Shown here: positions 20,377 to 29,570 of the stretch, in pieces
Layout of the letters: every line of letters starts with the position of its first letter
How positions within the stretch are numbered: position 1 is the first letter of the stretch
NCBI GenBank assembly: GCA_964291625.2
Contig: OZ220089.1
Location: 128,001-192,000, forward strand
Length of the DNA: 64,000 nt
Source: Candidatus Latescibacterota bacterium
GTDB lineage: Bacteria; Latescibacterota; UBA2968; UBA8231
Reading direction: 5' to 3'
The notes under the pieces: model-generated
Database searches by the model: none
The model's input: only the letters and a program-made list of their open reading frames with translations
Told to the model about the DNA's origin: nothing
Program-made: the position numbers and the translations under genes

Positions 20377-21834
20377 TCACCCCCCGAACAGCTTCGGAAG
20401 CTGGTTGCTCAAGGTGACGATGGTGAAGTAGCCGAAGAACGCGCTGGCCCACACCATCGCCAGGAAACGCACGACGGGCGTGCGCAAGGTCCCGCCCAGG
20501 ACGCGGCTGTTCATCCACAACAGCAGCAGCGAGTAGATCAGCATGACGCCGCCGTTCAGGGCGGCGCTGAGGACGAGCAGCACCAGCGGCTGCGCCAGGC
20601 CGGGCACGACCAGCCCCGCCAGCAGGATGGCGCACCCGAGCAGGATCTGGCCCCACAGGAGCAGGAAGTAGAGGCGGCTGTCGGTCCAGACCTCGCTGTC
20701 GCGCAGCCAGTTGACCTTGATGATGTCCGTCGAGATGCGGGCGCAGGCGTCGAGGAGCCCCAGCTCCGTCGTCAGCAGGATGGCGATCCCCATCCAGTGG
20801 AAGGCGTGCTGCATCCACGGCCCGTAGCGGTCGCCGATGAACCGCCCCTCGGCGCGGATGAAGCCGAAGCCCTTCTCCAGCCCCGGGGTCCCCTGGGTAG
20901 TGGCGTAGGCGATGAGGGAGAGCATCATCAGGGAGAGCACCGACAGCAGGTAGAAGTTGAGCAGGTGCTCGCGGTTGGCGGCTCCCCACCAGTCCTTCCA
21001 CCGGCGCAGGTTGTCGGCGCCGTGCTCGAAGTGGGCGCCGATGCCGGCCACCACCTCGGCGCGCCCCGTGAGGGGACTCGTCAGGCGGCCGGCGAAGCGC
21101 CCCATGGCATAGCCCTTCTCGCGCACGTAGTTGCTCTGGGAGAGGTTCATCGTGCCCCCGGCGCCGGCGAAGGCCAGGGCTCCGAGGAGCAGGGGCAGCT
21201 CCATGCCCTCGGGGATGTGGCCCACGTTGGCGATGCCGCGCGCCATCTCCCCCACGTGCACCAGATCGACCACGAGGAAGGCGAGGATCGCCATGAACAG
21301 GAAGATGAAGGTCACCAGGATCTTCTGAAGCCGCTCCACCGTGTTGTAGACCACGGGTCCCAGGGTCAGGGCGGCACCGATGGCCAGCAGGCTGAGGATG
21401 GAGATCAGGGTGCGCGCCTGCTCGCCTCCGCCGATCTCCCAGGTGAGCATGGTCGCCGCTCCCGCCGCCCAGCCCGGCCACATCCAGGGGATGACGTTGC
21501 AGACGAGGAAGACGGCGGCCCAGCCCTTCCAAAGGCGGCAGAACCCCGTAATCGCCGACTCGCCCGTGGCCAGGGTCCAGCGCTCGATCTCCATGTTGAT
21601 GAAGTACTGGGTGGTGACCCCCACCATGCACGCCCAGAAGGCGACGAAGCCGAAGCGGTAGGTGATGTAGGGCCAGAGGACGAACTCGCCGCTGCCGAGG
21701 GAGAGGCCGAGGAGCAGGACGCTGGGACCGAGGAGCCTGCGCCACGACGGCGCCTCCGGCAGATCCTGGTATCGAGCCGCCGGCAGCCGATCGCTGGGAA
21801 TGACTTCGTGGGGGACGGGCCGGGACCCGCTCAC
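20377..21834 (-). CDS. Nramp/MntH-related (YcsG-like) polytopic membrane transporter
   Basis: About 11 hydrophobic helices; GPSVLLLGLSLGSGEFVLWP and ERWTLATGES motifs. Confidence 0.75.
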   Translation of the reverse strand: MSGSRPVPHEVIPSDRLPAARYQDLPEAPSWRRLLGPSVLLLGLSLGSGEFVLWPYITYRFGFVAFWACMVGVTTQYFINMEIERWTLATGESAITGFCRLWKGWAAVFLVCNVIPWMWPGWAAGAATMLTWEIGGGEQARTLISILSLLAIGAALTLGPVVYNTVERLQKILVTFIFLFMAILAFLVVDLVHVGEMARGIANVGHIPEGMELPLLLGALAFAGAGGTMNLSQSNYVREKGYAMGRFAGRLTSPLTGRAEVVAGIGAHFEHGADNLRRWKDWWGAANREHLLNFYLLSVLSLMMLSLIAYATTQGTPGLEKGFGFIRAEGRFIGDRYGPWMQHAFHWMGIAILLTTELGLLDACARISTDIIKVNWLRDSEVWTDSRLYFLLLWGQILLGCAILLAGLVVPGLAQPLVLLVLSAALNGGVMLIYSLLLLWMNSRVLGGTLRTPVVRFLAMVWASAFFGYFTIVTLSNQLPKLFGG

Positions 21835-22928
21835 CGGGGGCGGCGCTCCCGGAAGGCGACCAGCGGATGCTCGCGGTTGGCCATGGGCATGGTCACCCGG
21901 GCGCCGGTGATCTGCGACTCGTAGGCCCCCAGGATCATCTCCAGGGCGGCCACGGCGCCGGCGGCGCTCGACAGGGGCTCGCGATCCTCATCGGCCGCCT
22001 CGATCAGGTCGGCGACGGCGCGCTGATTCCCGGTGAGCAGCTGGTCGTCGGGCAGTCCTTCCAGCGGCTCCCAGCCCTGCCCGGCCTCGGCGGGACGGAA
22101 TACCGGATGGGGGTAGATCATCAACTCGGAGCCGCTGCCGCCGCGCAGCGAGATGGTGCCCTCGCTGCCGATGATCTCCATGCCGTAACGCTGGTTCGAC
22201 CCGGCCTGGTCCTTGCGCGAGTCGAAGAACCCGGCCACCCCCGACTCGAAGGCGAAGTAGGAGTTCACGCAGTCCCCGGCCACCGGACCGACGGGCTCGC
22301 CCGCCTCGCGCACGTCGTCCGGGGCGAGCTCCCGTCCCTCCACCGTGACCTGCGCCGACATCCAGCGCACGTCGCCGACGAAGAACCGCATCATGTTGAA
22401 GAGGTGGGTTCCGAGGACGATCATGTCCTCGCCGCCGCCGCGGCGGTCCTGCTTGCCGTGGGCGTGAATCGCCTGGAGCTGCCCGATGCGCCCCTCCCGC
22501 AAGATCCGCCGGAGTCCCTGGATGCGGGGCAGGTACACGGCCTGGTGGGCCACGGCGACCTTGAGCCCCGCCTCCCGCGCCCTGGCGACGATGGCGTCGC
22601 CCTCGGCCAGGTTCCACGTCATCGGTTTCTCGCAGTAGACGTGGGCCCCCGCCTCGAGGCAGGCGATGACCATCTCCAGGTGGCAGTCCGTCCAGCGCGG
22701 GCAGACGCTGACGATGTCCGGGGACTGCTCCCGCAGCATCTCCCGGTAGTCCGGGTAGGCGGCGGCGGCCCCGGTCTCCGTCTGCGCCCTGGTCCGCCCC
22801 TCGTCGTCGGGATCGGCGACCGCCACGAAGTCGACGGCCGGGTGGTCGGTGTAGGCCATGTGCAGGCCGTGGCCGTAGTTTCCGCGGCCGGTTCGGCCGA
22901 TCGCAGCCGCTCGATAGCGTCGAGTCAC
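21831..22928 (-). CDS. Gfo/Idh/MocA-family NAD(P)-dependent oxidoreductase
   Basis: VAVADPD, YPDYREML, HVYCEKPM, LGTHLFN; GTG start at 22928 after AGGAG. Confidence 0.9.
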   Translation of the reverse strand: MTRRYRAAAIGRTGRGNYGHGLHMAYTDHPAVDFVAVADPDDEGRTRAQTETGAAAAYPDYREMLREQSPDIVSVCPRWTDCHLEMVIACLEAGAHVYCEKPMTWNLAEGDAIVARAREAGLKVAVAHQAVYLPRIQGLRRILREGRIGQLQAIHAHGKQDRRGGGEDMIVLGTHLFNMMRFFVGDVRWMSAQVTVEGRELAPDDVREAGEPVGPVAGDCVNSYFAFESGVAGFFDSRKDQAGSNQRYGMEIIGSEGTISLRGGSGSELMIYPHPVFRPAEAGQGWEPLEGLPDDQLLTGNQRAVADLIEAADEDREPLSSAAGAVAALEMILGAYESQITGARVTMPMANREHPLVAFRERRPR

Positions 22929-22991
22929 TTCACGTCTCCTGGTGGGATCAGGCGCCTCGGATACGGGCGCCCAAGGGTAGTGCCGGCCGCC

Positions 22992-23020
22992 TTGACCCGC
23001 CAGAAGGCTCCCGCCATCTT
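22992..23020 (+). promoter_or_regulatory. Candidate promoter giving a leaderless transcript of the endonuclease III-like gene
   Basis: TTGACC-17 nt-CATCTT, ending 6 nt before GTG 23027. Confidence 0.5.
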
Positions 23021-23026
23021 GCCCGG

Positions 23027-23767
23027 GTGGCACTGAGCGTCCTCCAGACCTACGAGCGGCTCCTCGGGCACTACGGCCCCCAGGGATGGTGGCCGACCAC
23101 GGCGCGTGGAGGGGTTCGTCCCGTGTACCGCCCGGGCACGGCCGGCGCCGTGCCCTCGCCGCGGCAGCAGTGGGAGATCGTCGTCGGCTCCGTCCTCGCG
23201 CAGAACACGGCCTGGCGGAACGCCTCCGCGGCCCTGTCGGAGCTGGTCCGCAGGCGGATCCTGAGCCTCCGCCGCATGGCCGCCCTGCCCCGGGCGGACC
23301 TGGCGGCTGCCATCCGCAGCGCCGGCTACTTCAATCAGAAGGCCCGCAACCTGCAGGAACTGGCGGCCCATCTGCTGTCGGTGAGCGGCGGCCGCATCGC
23401 CCCTTTCCTCTCACGGCCGGCCCCGGAGCTGCGGGCCGAGCTGCTCGCGCGGCGCGGCGTCGGTCCCGAGACGGCGGACAGCATTCTGCTGTACGCCGCC
23501 GGGCGCCCCTTCTTCGTCATCGATGCCTACGCCCGGCGCATCGCCTCCCGCCTCGCCTGGGTGCCGGAGACGATCGCCTACCAACCACTGCAGGAACTCT
23601 TCGAGTCGCGCCTGCCACGGGACCCCGCGATCTACAACGAGTACCACGCCCTGCTCGTGCGCCACGCCGTGGAACACTGCAGGGCCCGACCCCTGTGCGA
23701 GGGGTGCTGCCTGCGGGATGCCTGCCCTGCCGGCCGATCCCTCGCCGCTGCCGGAGACCGACCGTGA
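23027..23767 (+). CDS. Endonuclease III-related HhH-GPD DNA glycosylase with 4Fe-4S motif
   Basis: YGPQGWWP, LAQNTAW, GYFNQKA, GVGPETADSILLY, FVIDAY, C-x6-C-x2-C-x5-C-like tail (HCRARPLCEGCCLRDAC). Confidence 0.88.
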   Translation: MALSVLQTYERLLGHYGPQGWWPTTARGGVRPVYRPGTAGAVPSPRQQWEIVVGSVLAQNTAWRNASAALSELVRRRILSLRRMAALPRADLAAAIRSAGYFNQKARNLQELAAHLLSVSGGRIAPFLSRPAPELRAELLARRGVGPETADSILLYAAGRPFFVIDAYARRIASRLAWVPETIAYQPLQELFESRLPRDPAIYNEYHALLVRHAVEHCRARPLCEGCCLRDACPAGRSLAAAGDRP

Positions 23768-24714
23768 CCGCCCTGGACTGCCTCGGGGGACAACGCCCCC
23801 TGGCGACGGAGGAATTCGCCCGCCGCGCCCACGCCTATGCCTTGAACCCGAACCGCAACCCGGTGAAGGAGGTCCTCGACAGCCACGGGTCGGTGGAGGA
23901 GACCCCGCCCCTGGTCGGGATCTTCAACGACGTCCCCTGGTACCAGGTCCGCGATGACGAGGTGCACGCCTGGGCGCGGGCCGGCCTGTCGTGGATCGTC
24001 AACGACGCCGAGCACCTCCAGCGGGAGGGCTGGTACGGTCGGCAGCAGAATGCCATGGAGGGGCGCGTGGGACTGCTCCAGGTGCAGCGTCTCCACCGCG
24101 AGGCCTTCAGCGCCCACGGCGACGTCTTCCAGCTGGGGGCGCGGGCGACGATGAAGCCGTACGGGACCACCCTCGAGGAGGCGGAGAGGTTCTACCGCGC
24201 GGTGAACTTCCCCACGCCGGGCGAGGCCACCCGCGACGACCGCGGCGGCTATCCCGTGCGCTACGGCGATCGCAAGTTCGCCTTCACTCCCGATTCACTG
24301 CGGGGCCAGGAGACCGAGACCCAGGGGTGGATCCAGTTCGAGACGGCCGAGTACATCGTCGACCGCGAGGTCCGCGACCGGGTCCTCGACCTGATGCAGA
24401 GCCAGGGCCCGAACAAGGCCTGCGGTTTCGTCGGCCCCTTCGACGCCATCCTGCGCCAGGGCGAGATCCCGGAGATCGAGGAGGCGATCGACGCCCTCTT
24501 CCGGGCGGCCTCCCGGCGGGGCATTCACATGGGCCGTGTCGTGGGCTCCGGGTCCATGGAGGACCCCGGCGAGATCGAGGACAACATCGTCCGCGCCATG
24601 GAGAACGGCGCCCGGCTGATCTGCGTTCACCCCTTCACCAGCGACCTGGTCTTCCGCGGAGCGATGAACGTGACCGAGCCGTTCTTCAGGGCCGCCGAGC
24701 GGTGCGGCTTCTGA
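23764..24714 (+). CDS. HpcH/HpaI-family class II aldolase-like protein
   Basis: C-terminal 316 aa of track ORF 23086..24714; WIVNDAEH, IQFET and FVGPFD resemble the DxEH, QIET and GPxD motifs of the family. Confidence 0.65.
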   Translation: MTALDCLGGQRPLATEEFARRAHAYALNPNRNPVKEVLDSHGSVEETPPLVGIFNDVPWYQVRDDEVHAWARAGLSWIVNDAEHLQREGWYGRQQNAMEGRVGLLQVQRLHREAFSAHGDVFQLGARATMKPYGTTLEEAERFYRAVNFPTPGEATRDDRGGYPVRYGDRKFAFTPDSLRGQETETQGWIQFETAEYIVDREVRDRVLDLMQSQGPNKACGFVGPFDAILRQGEIPEIEEAIDALFRAASRRGIHMGRVVGSGSMEDPGEIEDNIVRAMENGARLICVHPFTSDLVFRGAMNVTEPFFRAAERCGF

Positions 24715-24722
24715 TCCTCCGA

Positions 24723-24751
24723 TTGCGCCCCCCGGGAGTCCCGCGTATTTT
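24723..24751 (+). promoter_or_regulatory. Orphan promoter-like element facing a non-coding interval
   Basis: TTGCGC-17 nt-TATTTT right after the aldolase stop codon. Confidence 0.4.
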
Positions 24752-25035
24752 GGACAACCCCCCCGAAGTGCCGCACGACGTTCCCTCGCAACCCCCCTCC
24801 CTCTGACAAACGACGAGCCGGCTGCCGCTCAGGCGCCTCGGTCCGTCGATCCCCTCCTCGGTCCCGGCTGCCGCACCGTTTCTGCGGACGATCCGACAGC
24901 ATACGAGCTCGGGACCCACCGGACATCGACCCGGCCCAGCCTGCCGACATCACCGGAACTCCGAGTCCAGGAGATCGGTCCCGGCCGGCGGGCGCGGTTC
25001 GTCAAGGGCTCACCGCGGTCTCCCCGACCGGAACG

Positions 25036-25070
25036 GAGAGGGCCTGGCGCGACGGCGCCCGGCCCTCTTC
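25036..25070. terminator. GC-rich hairpin, possible terminator
   Basis: gagagggcctggcgc-gacg-gcgcccggccctcttc, just beyond the stop of the convergent minus-strand gene. Confidence 0.55.
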
Positions 25071-25084
25071 GCGTACCGCCGGTC

Positions 25085-26368
25085 CTACCGGGAGACGAAC
25101 TTCGGGCGGCCGAACCCGTCGTTGACCACCAGGCTGCGCGCCGGGATGTCGGCGTGGTCGGGGATGGCGAGATCGCTCTCGAGCCGGTTCTCGAGGATCG
25201 TCCCGTCGCCGATGGTCACGTCGGACCCCAGCAGGATCCTCCCCGGCATGGCCCCTCCCGCCCGCACCGTGCCGATGACGACGGAGGCGCTGACCCGGCA
25301 CCGCGGGCCTGTCTCGACGAGACCGTAGATCTCCACGCTCGGCCCGATGACCGAGTGGTCTCCCACCCGCACCGGGCCGAAGAGGTCGGCGTCGGTGCCG
25401 ATGAAGACGAAGTCCCCGATCTCCGGGTGGCGCCGGTAGAGGCGCCGGGTCAGGCCGCCCAGGGTGCAGGGATAGAAGTGGCATCCGGAACCGATGACGC
25501 CCGTCTGGCCCGTGGTCAGGCCCCGGTGCGGATGGTCCAGGAAGTTGGCGTCCCCGATGCGGGTCTCGGGATGGATGTCGGCCTGGTAGTACCGCCCCCC
25601 CAGCTCCGAGATGGCCCGCGGAAGCAGGGGCACGGGATCCCGGTGCAGGCGCGGCTCTCCGTCGAGGGGGCCGCTGCGGGTCAGGGCATGGGCCACGTCG
25701 TGGTAGAACAGGACCCGCCATCCCGGGTAGGTGCTGGTGACCAGCTGCATCTGGTACCCGAAGACCCCTTCACCCGGGAGGCCCTCGAGAAACTCCTGGT
25801 AGCAGGCCTGGTCGCGCAGGGAGATGGCGGTGTCGATGTGCGCCGCGAAATCCAGTTCCGCCAGGTCCGCCTCGCCCAGACCGCAGGCCCGGCGCAGGTA
25901 GGCGTCCCAGACGGCCGGGTCCTTCAGGGAGGCGAAGCGGTTCCACTGGGCTCGCTGCTTGAGCTCCACGAGCTCCCACAGGACCGAGTAGGCCGCCGCC
26001 AGGGCCCGGTCCTCCAGATCCTCGTCGGCGCCCACGGCCAGGTGGGACTGGGCCACCATGGCGTACAGCTGATCGGCCACCTCGGCGATGGACGCGCTGA
26101 AGTCGCCCACCGGATGCCCGGCTTCCAGGGCGTTGTGCGAGCCGGGAGCGACGCACTCCAGCAGGTTGCCGAGGACGGTCTCAAGGATGTCGCGGTTCAC
26201 GAAGCCCCGGCCCGACCGCTGAGACAGGATGGCGGGGTTGACGCGATCGATGCGCAGGGCTGCCAGCTCCTCGGCGGAATAGCAGGAGCGCAGGCGCTCG
26301 AGGATCCTCCCCAGCAACTCGCGCTTGCGCTTTTCGTAGCGCTGGTCGAAGAGGGTGGCCGTGCTCAT
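25085..26368 (-). CDS. Serine O-acetyltransferase-like hexapeptide-repeat acyltransferase with long N-terminal extension
   Basis: ADIHPETRIG..FLDH..TLGG..RHPEIGD followed by extended left-handed beta-helix repeats. Confidence 0.7.
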   Translation of the reverse strand: MSTATLFDQRYEKRKRELLGRILERLRSCYSAEELAALRIDRVNPAILSQRSGRGFVNRDILETVLGNLLECVAPGSHNALEAGHPVGDFSASIAEVADQLYAMVAQSHLAVGADEDLEDRALAAAYSVLWELVELKQRAQWNRFASLKDPAVWDAYLRRACGLGEADLAELDFAAHIDTAISLRDQACYQEFLEGLPGEGVFGYQMQLVTSTYPGWRVLFYHDVAHALTRSGPLDGEPRLHRDPVPLLPRAISELGGRYYQADIHPETRIGDANFLDHPHRGLTTGQTGVIGSGCHFYPCTLGGLTRRLYRRHPEIGDFVFIGTDADLFGPVRVGDHSVIGPSVEIYGLVETGPRCRVSASVVIGTVRAGGAMPGRILLGSDVTIGDGTILENRLESDLAIPDHADIPARSLVVNDGFGRPKFVSR

Positions 26369-26389
26369 GGGGGAGGCCGCACCGGGGCC

Positions 26390-26698
26390 TCAGTCCATGT
26401 GGAACGCTTCCTCGAGGGGTGTGATGACCGGCGAGCTGTCCGGGTTGCACTCCATGAGAGGCTCCATGTAGCGCCACCACTCCCGCATCAGCTCCTCCCG
26501 GGGCAATCCCTCCAGGGCCTCCGGATCGTCGATCTCGAGGCAGGCGAAGAGCGTCGTCCCGTCGCGGAAGATGGTGTAGTTGCGGATCCCCGTGTCCCGC
26601 AGCAGCCGGACCAGGTCGGGCCAGACCTCGTCGTGGCGTCGCTTGTACTCCTCCTCGGTCCCCGCCTTGAGCTGCATCCTGAACCCCACACGAGCCAT
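26390..26698 (-). CDS. rhaM: L-rhamnose mutarotase family protein
   Basis: FRMQLKAG..EEYKRRHDEVWP..GIRNYTIF..WWRYMEPLM..LEEAFHMD; ATG 26698 follows GGAGG. Confidence 0.88.
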   Translation of the reverse strand: MARVGFRMQLKAGTEEEYKRRHDEVWPDLVRLLRDTGIRNYTIFRDGTTLFACLEIDDPEALEGLPREELMREWWRYMEPLMECNPDSSPVITPLEEAFHMD

Positions 26699-26826
26699 GA
26701 ACGCGCCTCCCTCGATCGGTGATCGGCCCTGCGCAAGGGTACTCCGTTGCGCCCTCCCCGGCAATCGCTATCTTGTGGTTTTTTCACGGACTTGAGTGCG
26801 TTTTCCCCCATCGCCGGAAGGTCGGC

Positions 26827-27615
26827 ATGCACCCCTTCGAGGACCTCCAGGTACCCCGGGACGGCATCGGTCTCCACTGGTTCGGCCAGAGCAGCTTCGG
26901 CCTGCGCCATCCCGACGGCAGCATCCTGCAGGCCGACCCGTACTTTCCCCGGCACCGCCCCGCCGAACGGTTCGTCCACGCCCGGCCGCCCCTGATGGAG
27001 GAGTCCCTGCGGACCGACTGGGTCCTGCTGACCCACGACCACGGGGACCACACCTGCATGGAGAGCATCGACCGCATCCGCGGCGCCTTCCCCGAGGTCC
27101 GCTTCGCCGGCCCCCCGGAGAGCTGCGAACGACTGGGCCGGGGAGGCGTCTCCCGCGACCGGATCACCGAGCTGACCGCCGGGGTCTCCGCCGACCTCGG
27201 GCCGTTCACGAGCCACGCTGTCTGGGCCAAGCCGCCCGGCGGCGATCCGGCCGCCGGTATCGACCCCCCCGACGTGCAGCACCTCGGCTACGTGGTCGAC
27301 GCCGGCGCCGTGCGGGTCTATCTCTCGGGAGATCCGATCAACAACTTCGCCGATCACGAGGATCTCCTGGCGCCGATCCGCAGTCTGGAGCCCCACGTCG
27401 GCCTGATGACCACCCACCCGACGGAGGGCGAGTTCCCATTCTTCGAGGGTTGCGCCCGGATCGCCGGCGCCCTGGGCCTGCGCACCGCGGTGCCCGCTCA
27501 CTACGGCTGCTTCGTGGCCCGCGACTACGATCCCCGGGAATGGGCCGGCCACCTGCCCGACGGCATCGACCCCTTGATCGTCCCCTACAACCAGAGTTGT
27601 GTCCTCAGCCTCTGA
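26827..27615 (+). CDS. Metallo-beta-lactamase-fold hydrolase (UlaG-like)
   Basis: WFGQSSF, DPY, THDHGDH, YLSGD, VPAHY. Confidence 0.88.
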   Translation: MHPFEDLQVPRDGIGLHWFGQSSFGLRHPDGSILQADPYFPRHRPAERFVHARPPLMEESLRTDWVLLTHDHGDHTCMESIDRIRGAFPEVRFAGPPESCERLGRGGVSRDRITELTAGVSADLGPFTSHAVWAKPPGGDPAAGIDPPDVQHLGYVVDAGAVRVYLSGDPINNFADHEDLLAPIRSLEPHVGLMTTHPTEGEFPFFEGCARIAGALGLRTAVPAHYGCFVARDYDPREWAGHLPDGIDPLIVPYNQSCVLSL

Positions 27616-27654
27616 CCCTCGCGGCGAGGGCTCCCGGCGTGGCGACCGGACCGT

Positions 27655-28566
27655 CTAACCGCCGGCCGACCACAGCGCCCGCAGGCGGGGCAGCAGGATC
27701 TCCGTCTCCCGGTCGTGCGGCTCTCCCTGCCAGCGGTCGTTGATCTCGGGGCTGCTGCGCTCCCTCGAGGCCGCGAGCACCTCGGGCAGGTCCAGCTGGT
27801 GCCAGATGGCGGTGAGCAACCCGTCCTCCCCCAGGTGGATCTCGCGGAATCCCATGGGGAAGCCGATGAGGCAGGCCGTGTCGACGATCAGGAAGTCCCG
27901 GTACATGCGGATGCGGTTGATGTGCCGGTGGCCGGTGAAGACGGCGACCACGGCCGGCTGGTTCGAGACCGTCTCGATCAGCCGCTCCGCTTCCTTGACG
28001 AGGCCTTGATTCGGGTTTTCCGGCGGAGCGAAGCCGGGGAGCACCCACGGGTGGATCACCAGGATGACGGCGCAGCCGTCGGCCAGCGCCTGGCGGCCGG
28101 CCTCGGCCAGGGCGGCGTCCAGATCCTCCGTCCACTCGCCGGAGCCCACCTCCATGGGGTTCGCCTGGTAGATGTTGGCCAGGGCCAGCCGCAGACGCGG
28201 GGCCACGTCGACGACGTCGAGCAGCTCGGGGAGATGGATCTGCTCGGCCAGGGGAGCGAAGGTGCCGGTGCCGGCATCGCAGTCGTGGTTCCCCGGCACG
28301 CAGTAGAAGGGCGCCCGGAACCGCTCGAAGGCGGCGGCCACGTCGTCCACCGACTGCCGGTACAGCTCCCAGGGCAGCTCGAAGGCCGATCCGCCGCAGA
28401 GCAGATCGCCCCCGTGGACGATGAACTCCGGGGCCGAGGCGTTGATCTCGTCCACCATCGCCTCGAGGACGGCCCTCCCCTTCGTGAGCATCTTCGGCGG
28501 TCCGAAGTCCTTCTCGGCCCGCGGGTGGTAGTGGCTGTCGGTGACGAATACGAAACGAGCTGTCAT
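27655..28566 (-). CDS. Calcineurin-like metallophosphoesterase
   Basis: TDSH, GGDL, PGNHD, GHRH motifs. Confidence 0.88.
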   Translation of the reverse strand: MTARFVFVTDSHYHPRAEKDFGPPKMLTKGRAVLEAMVDEINASAPEFIVHGGDLLCGGSAFELPWELYRQSVDDVAAAFERFRAPFYCVPGNHDCDAGTGTFAPLAEQIHLPELLDVVDVAPRLRLALANIYQANPMEVGSGEWTEDLDAALAEAGRQALADGCAVILVIHPWVLPGFAPPENPNQGLVKEAERLIETVSNQPAVVAVFTGHRHINRIRMYRDFLIVDTACLIGFPMGFREIHLGEDGLLTAIWHQLDLPEVLAASRERSSPEINDRWQGEPHDRETEILLPRLRALWSAGG

Positions 28567-28639
28567 GCCCTCTCCTCATCGCGGTCCGGTCCCGGGCGCA
28601 TCTCCGCCCGGCGGCGTGCGCATCCTCCCCCCCGGGCGC

Positions 28640-29479
28640 TCACCACGGCCTGAACTCCGCCATGCGCCCGAAGCCCGCGAAGCCGGGCGCGCCCACGTAC
28701 TGCACCGCGGTCCGGCTCAGGCTGTCGGCGTGGGGGATGTGGATGTGGCCGCAGAAGGTGGCCACCAGGTTCTCCGCCCCGGCCAGGGTCTCGACGAAGG
28801 CCTCCGTCGCCTGGGGGTCCCACCACTCCACCTCGGGGTGCCACTCGGGATCGGCCATCAGGTTGTGGCCCACCGAGGCGATGGAGTCGTCGCGGAGGGT
28901 GGGCAGGCTGATGGGGATGTGGTAGAGCAGCACCGTGGGCAGCTGCTTGCCGAGGCATTCCCGGACGAAGGCGAGCTGCTCCTCGTCGACCCGGAAGGTG
29001 GAGTTGTCGACGCAGACGAACTCGATCCCTCCCACCTCCCGGCTGCAGTGCGACGGACTCCCCTTGTGCAGCGGCTCCAGGCGGTCCCACCAGGCCTCGC
29101 GCAGCAGGCCGTCCTCGTTCTCCACGCCCGGCAGGAGCCAGTCGTGGTTTCCGGAGGTGAAGAGCCAGGGGGTCTCGATCCCGCGGAGCACACCGGTCAC
29201 GAATTCGATGCTGGAGGGGGTGGGGAAATTGATGATGTCTCCCGTGAGGGAGATGAGATCGACGTCGCTGGCCGAGACCCGCTCGATGGTCTGGCGGAAG
29301 ATCACCTCCCTGGCGTGCCCCATGGTCGAGATGCGGTCCACACGGGCCGGGTTCGGCCCCTTCTCCTCCTCGGGGACGGCCACGTGGGCGTCGGTGCAGT
29401 GGTACATGGTCACCGTCTCCCGGATCCCTTCCAGGCGGATGCGGGCGGTGTCGTCAAGCCAGGTATGGGTCACGCGCAA
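28640..29479 (-). CDS. Calcineurin-like metallophosphoesterase
   Basis: TDAH, TGDI, GNHD, YHIP, GHIH motifs; TTG start at 29479 after AGGAGG. Confidence 0.85.
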   Translation of the reverse strand: MRVTHTWLDDTARIRLEGIRETVTMYHCTDAHVAVPEEEKGPNPARVDRISTMGHAREVIFRQTIERVSASDVDLISLTGDIINFPTPSSIEFVTGVLRGIETPWLFTSGNHDWLLPGVENEDGLLREAWWDRLEPLHKGSPSHCSREVGGIEFVCVDNSTFRVDEEQLAFVRECLGKQLPTVLLYHIPISLPTLRDDSIASVGHNLMADPEWHPEVEWWDPQATEAFVETLAGAENLVATFCGHIHIPHADSLSRTAVQYVGAPGFAGFGRMAEFRPW

Positions 29480-29570
29480 GGGTTCCTCCTGCTCTGAAGG
29501 CGGATTGAGGTGACGGCTCCCCGAGCCGGTGCTCCGCGGGTGGAGCGCTGCCACCGGGCGAGGTTCCCGG

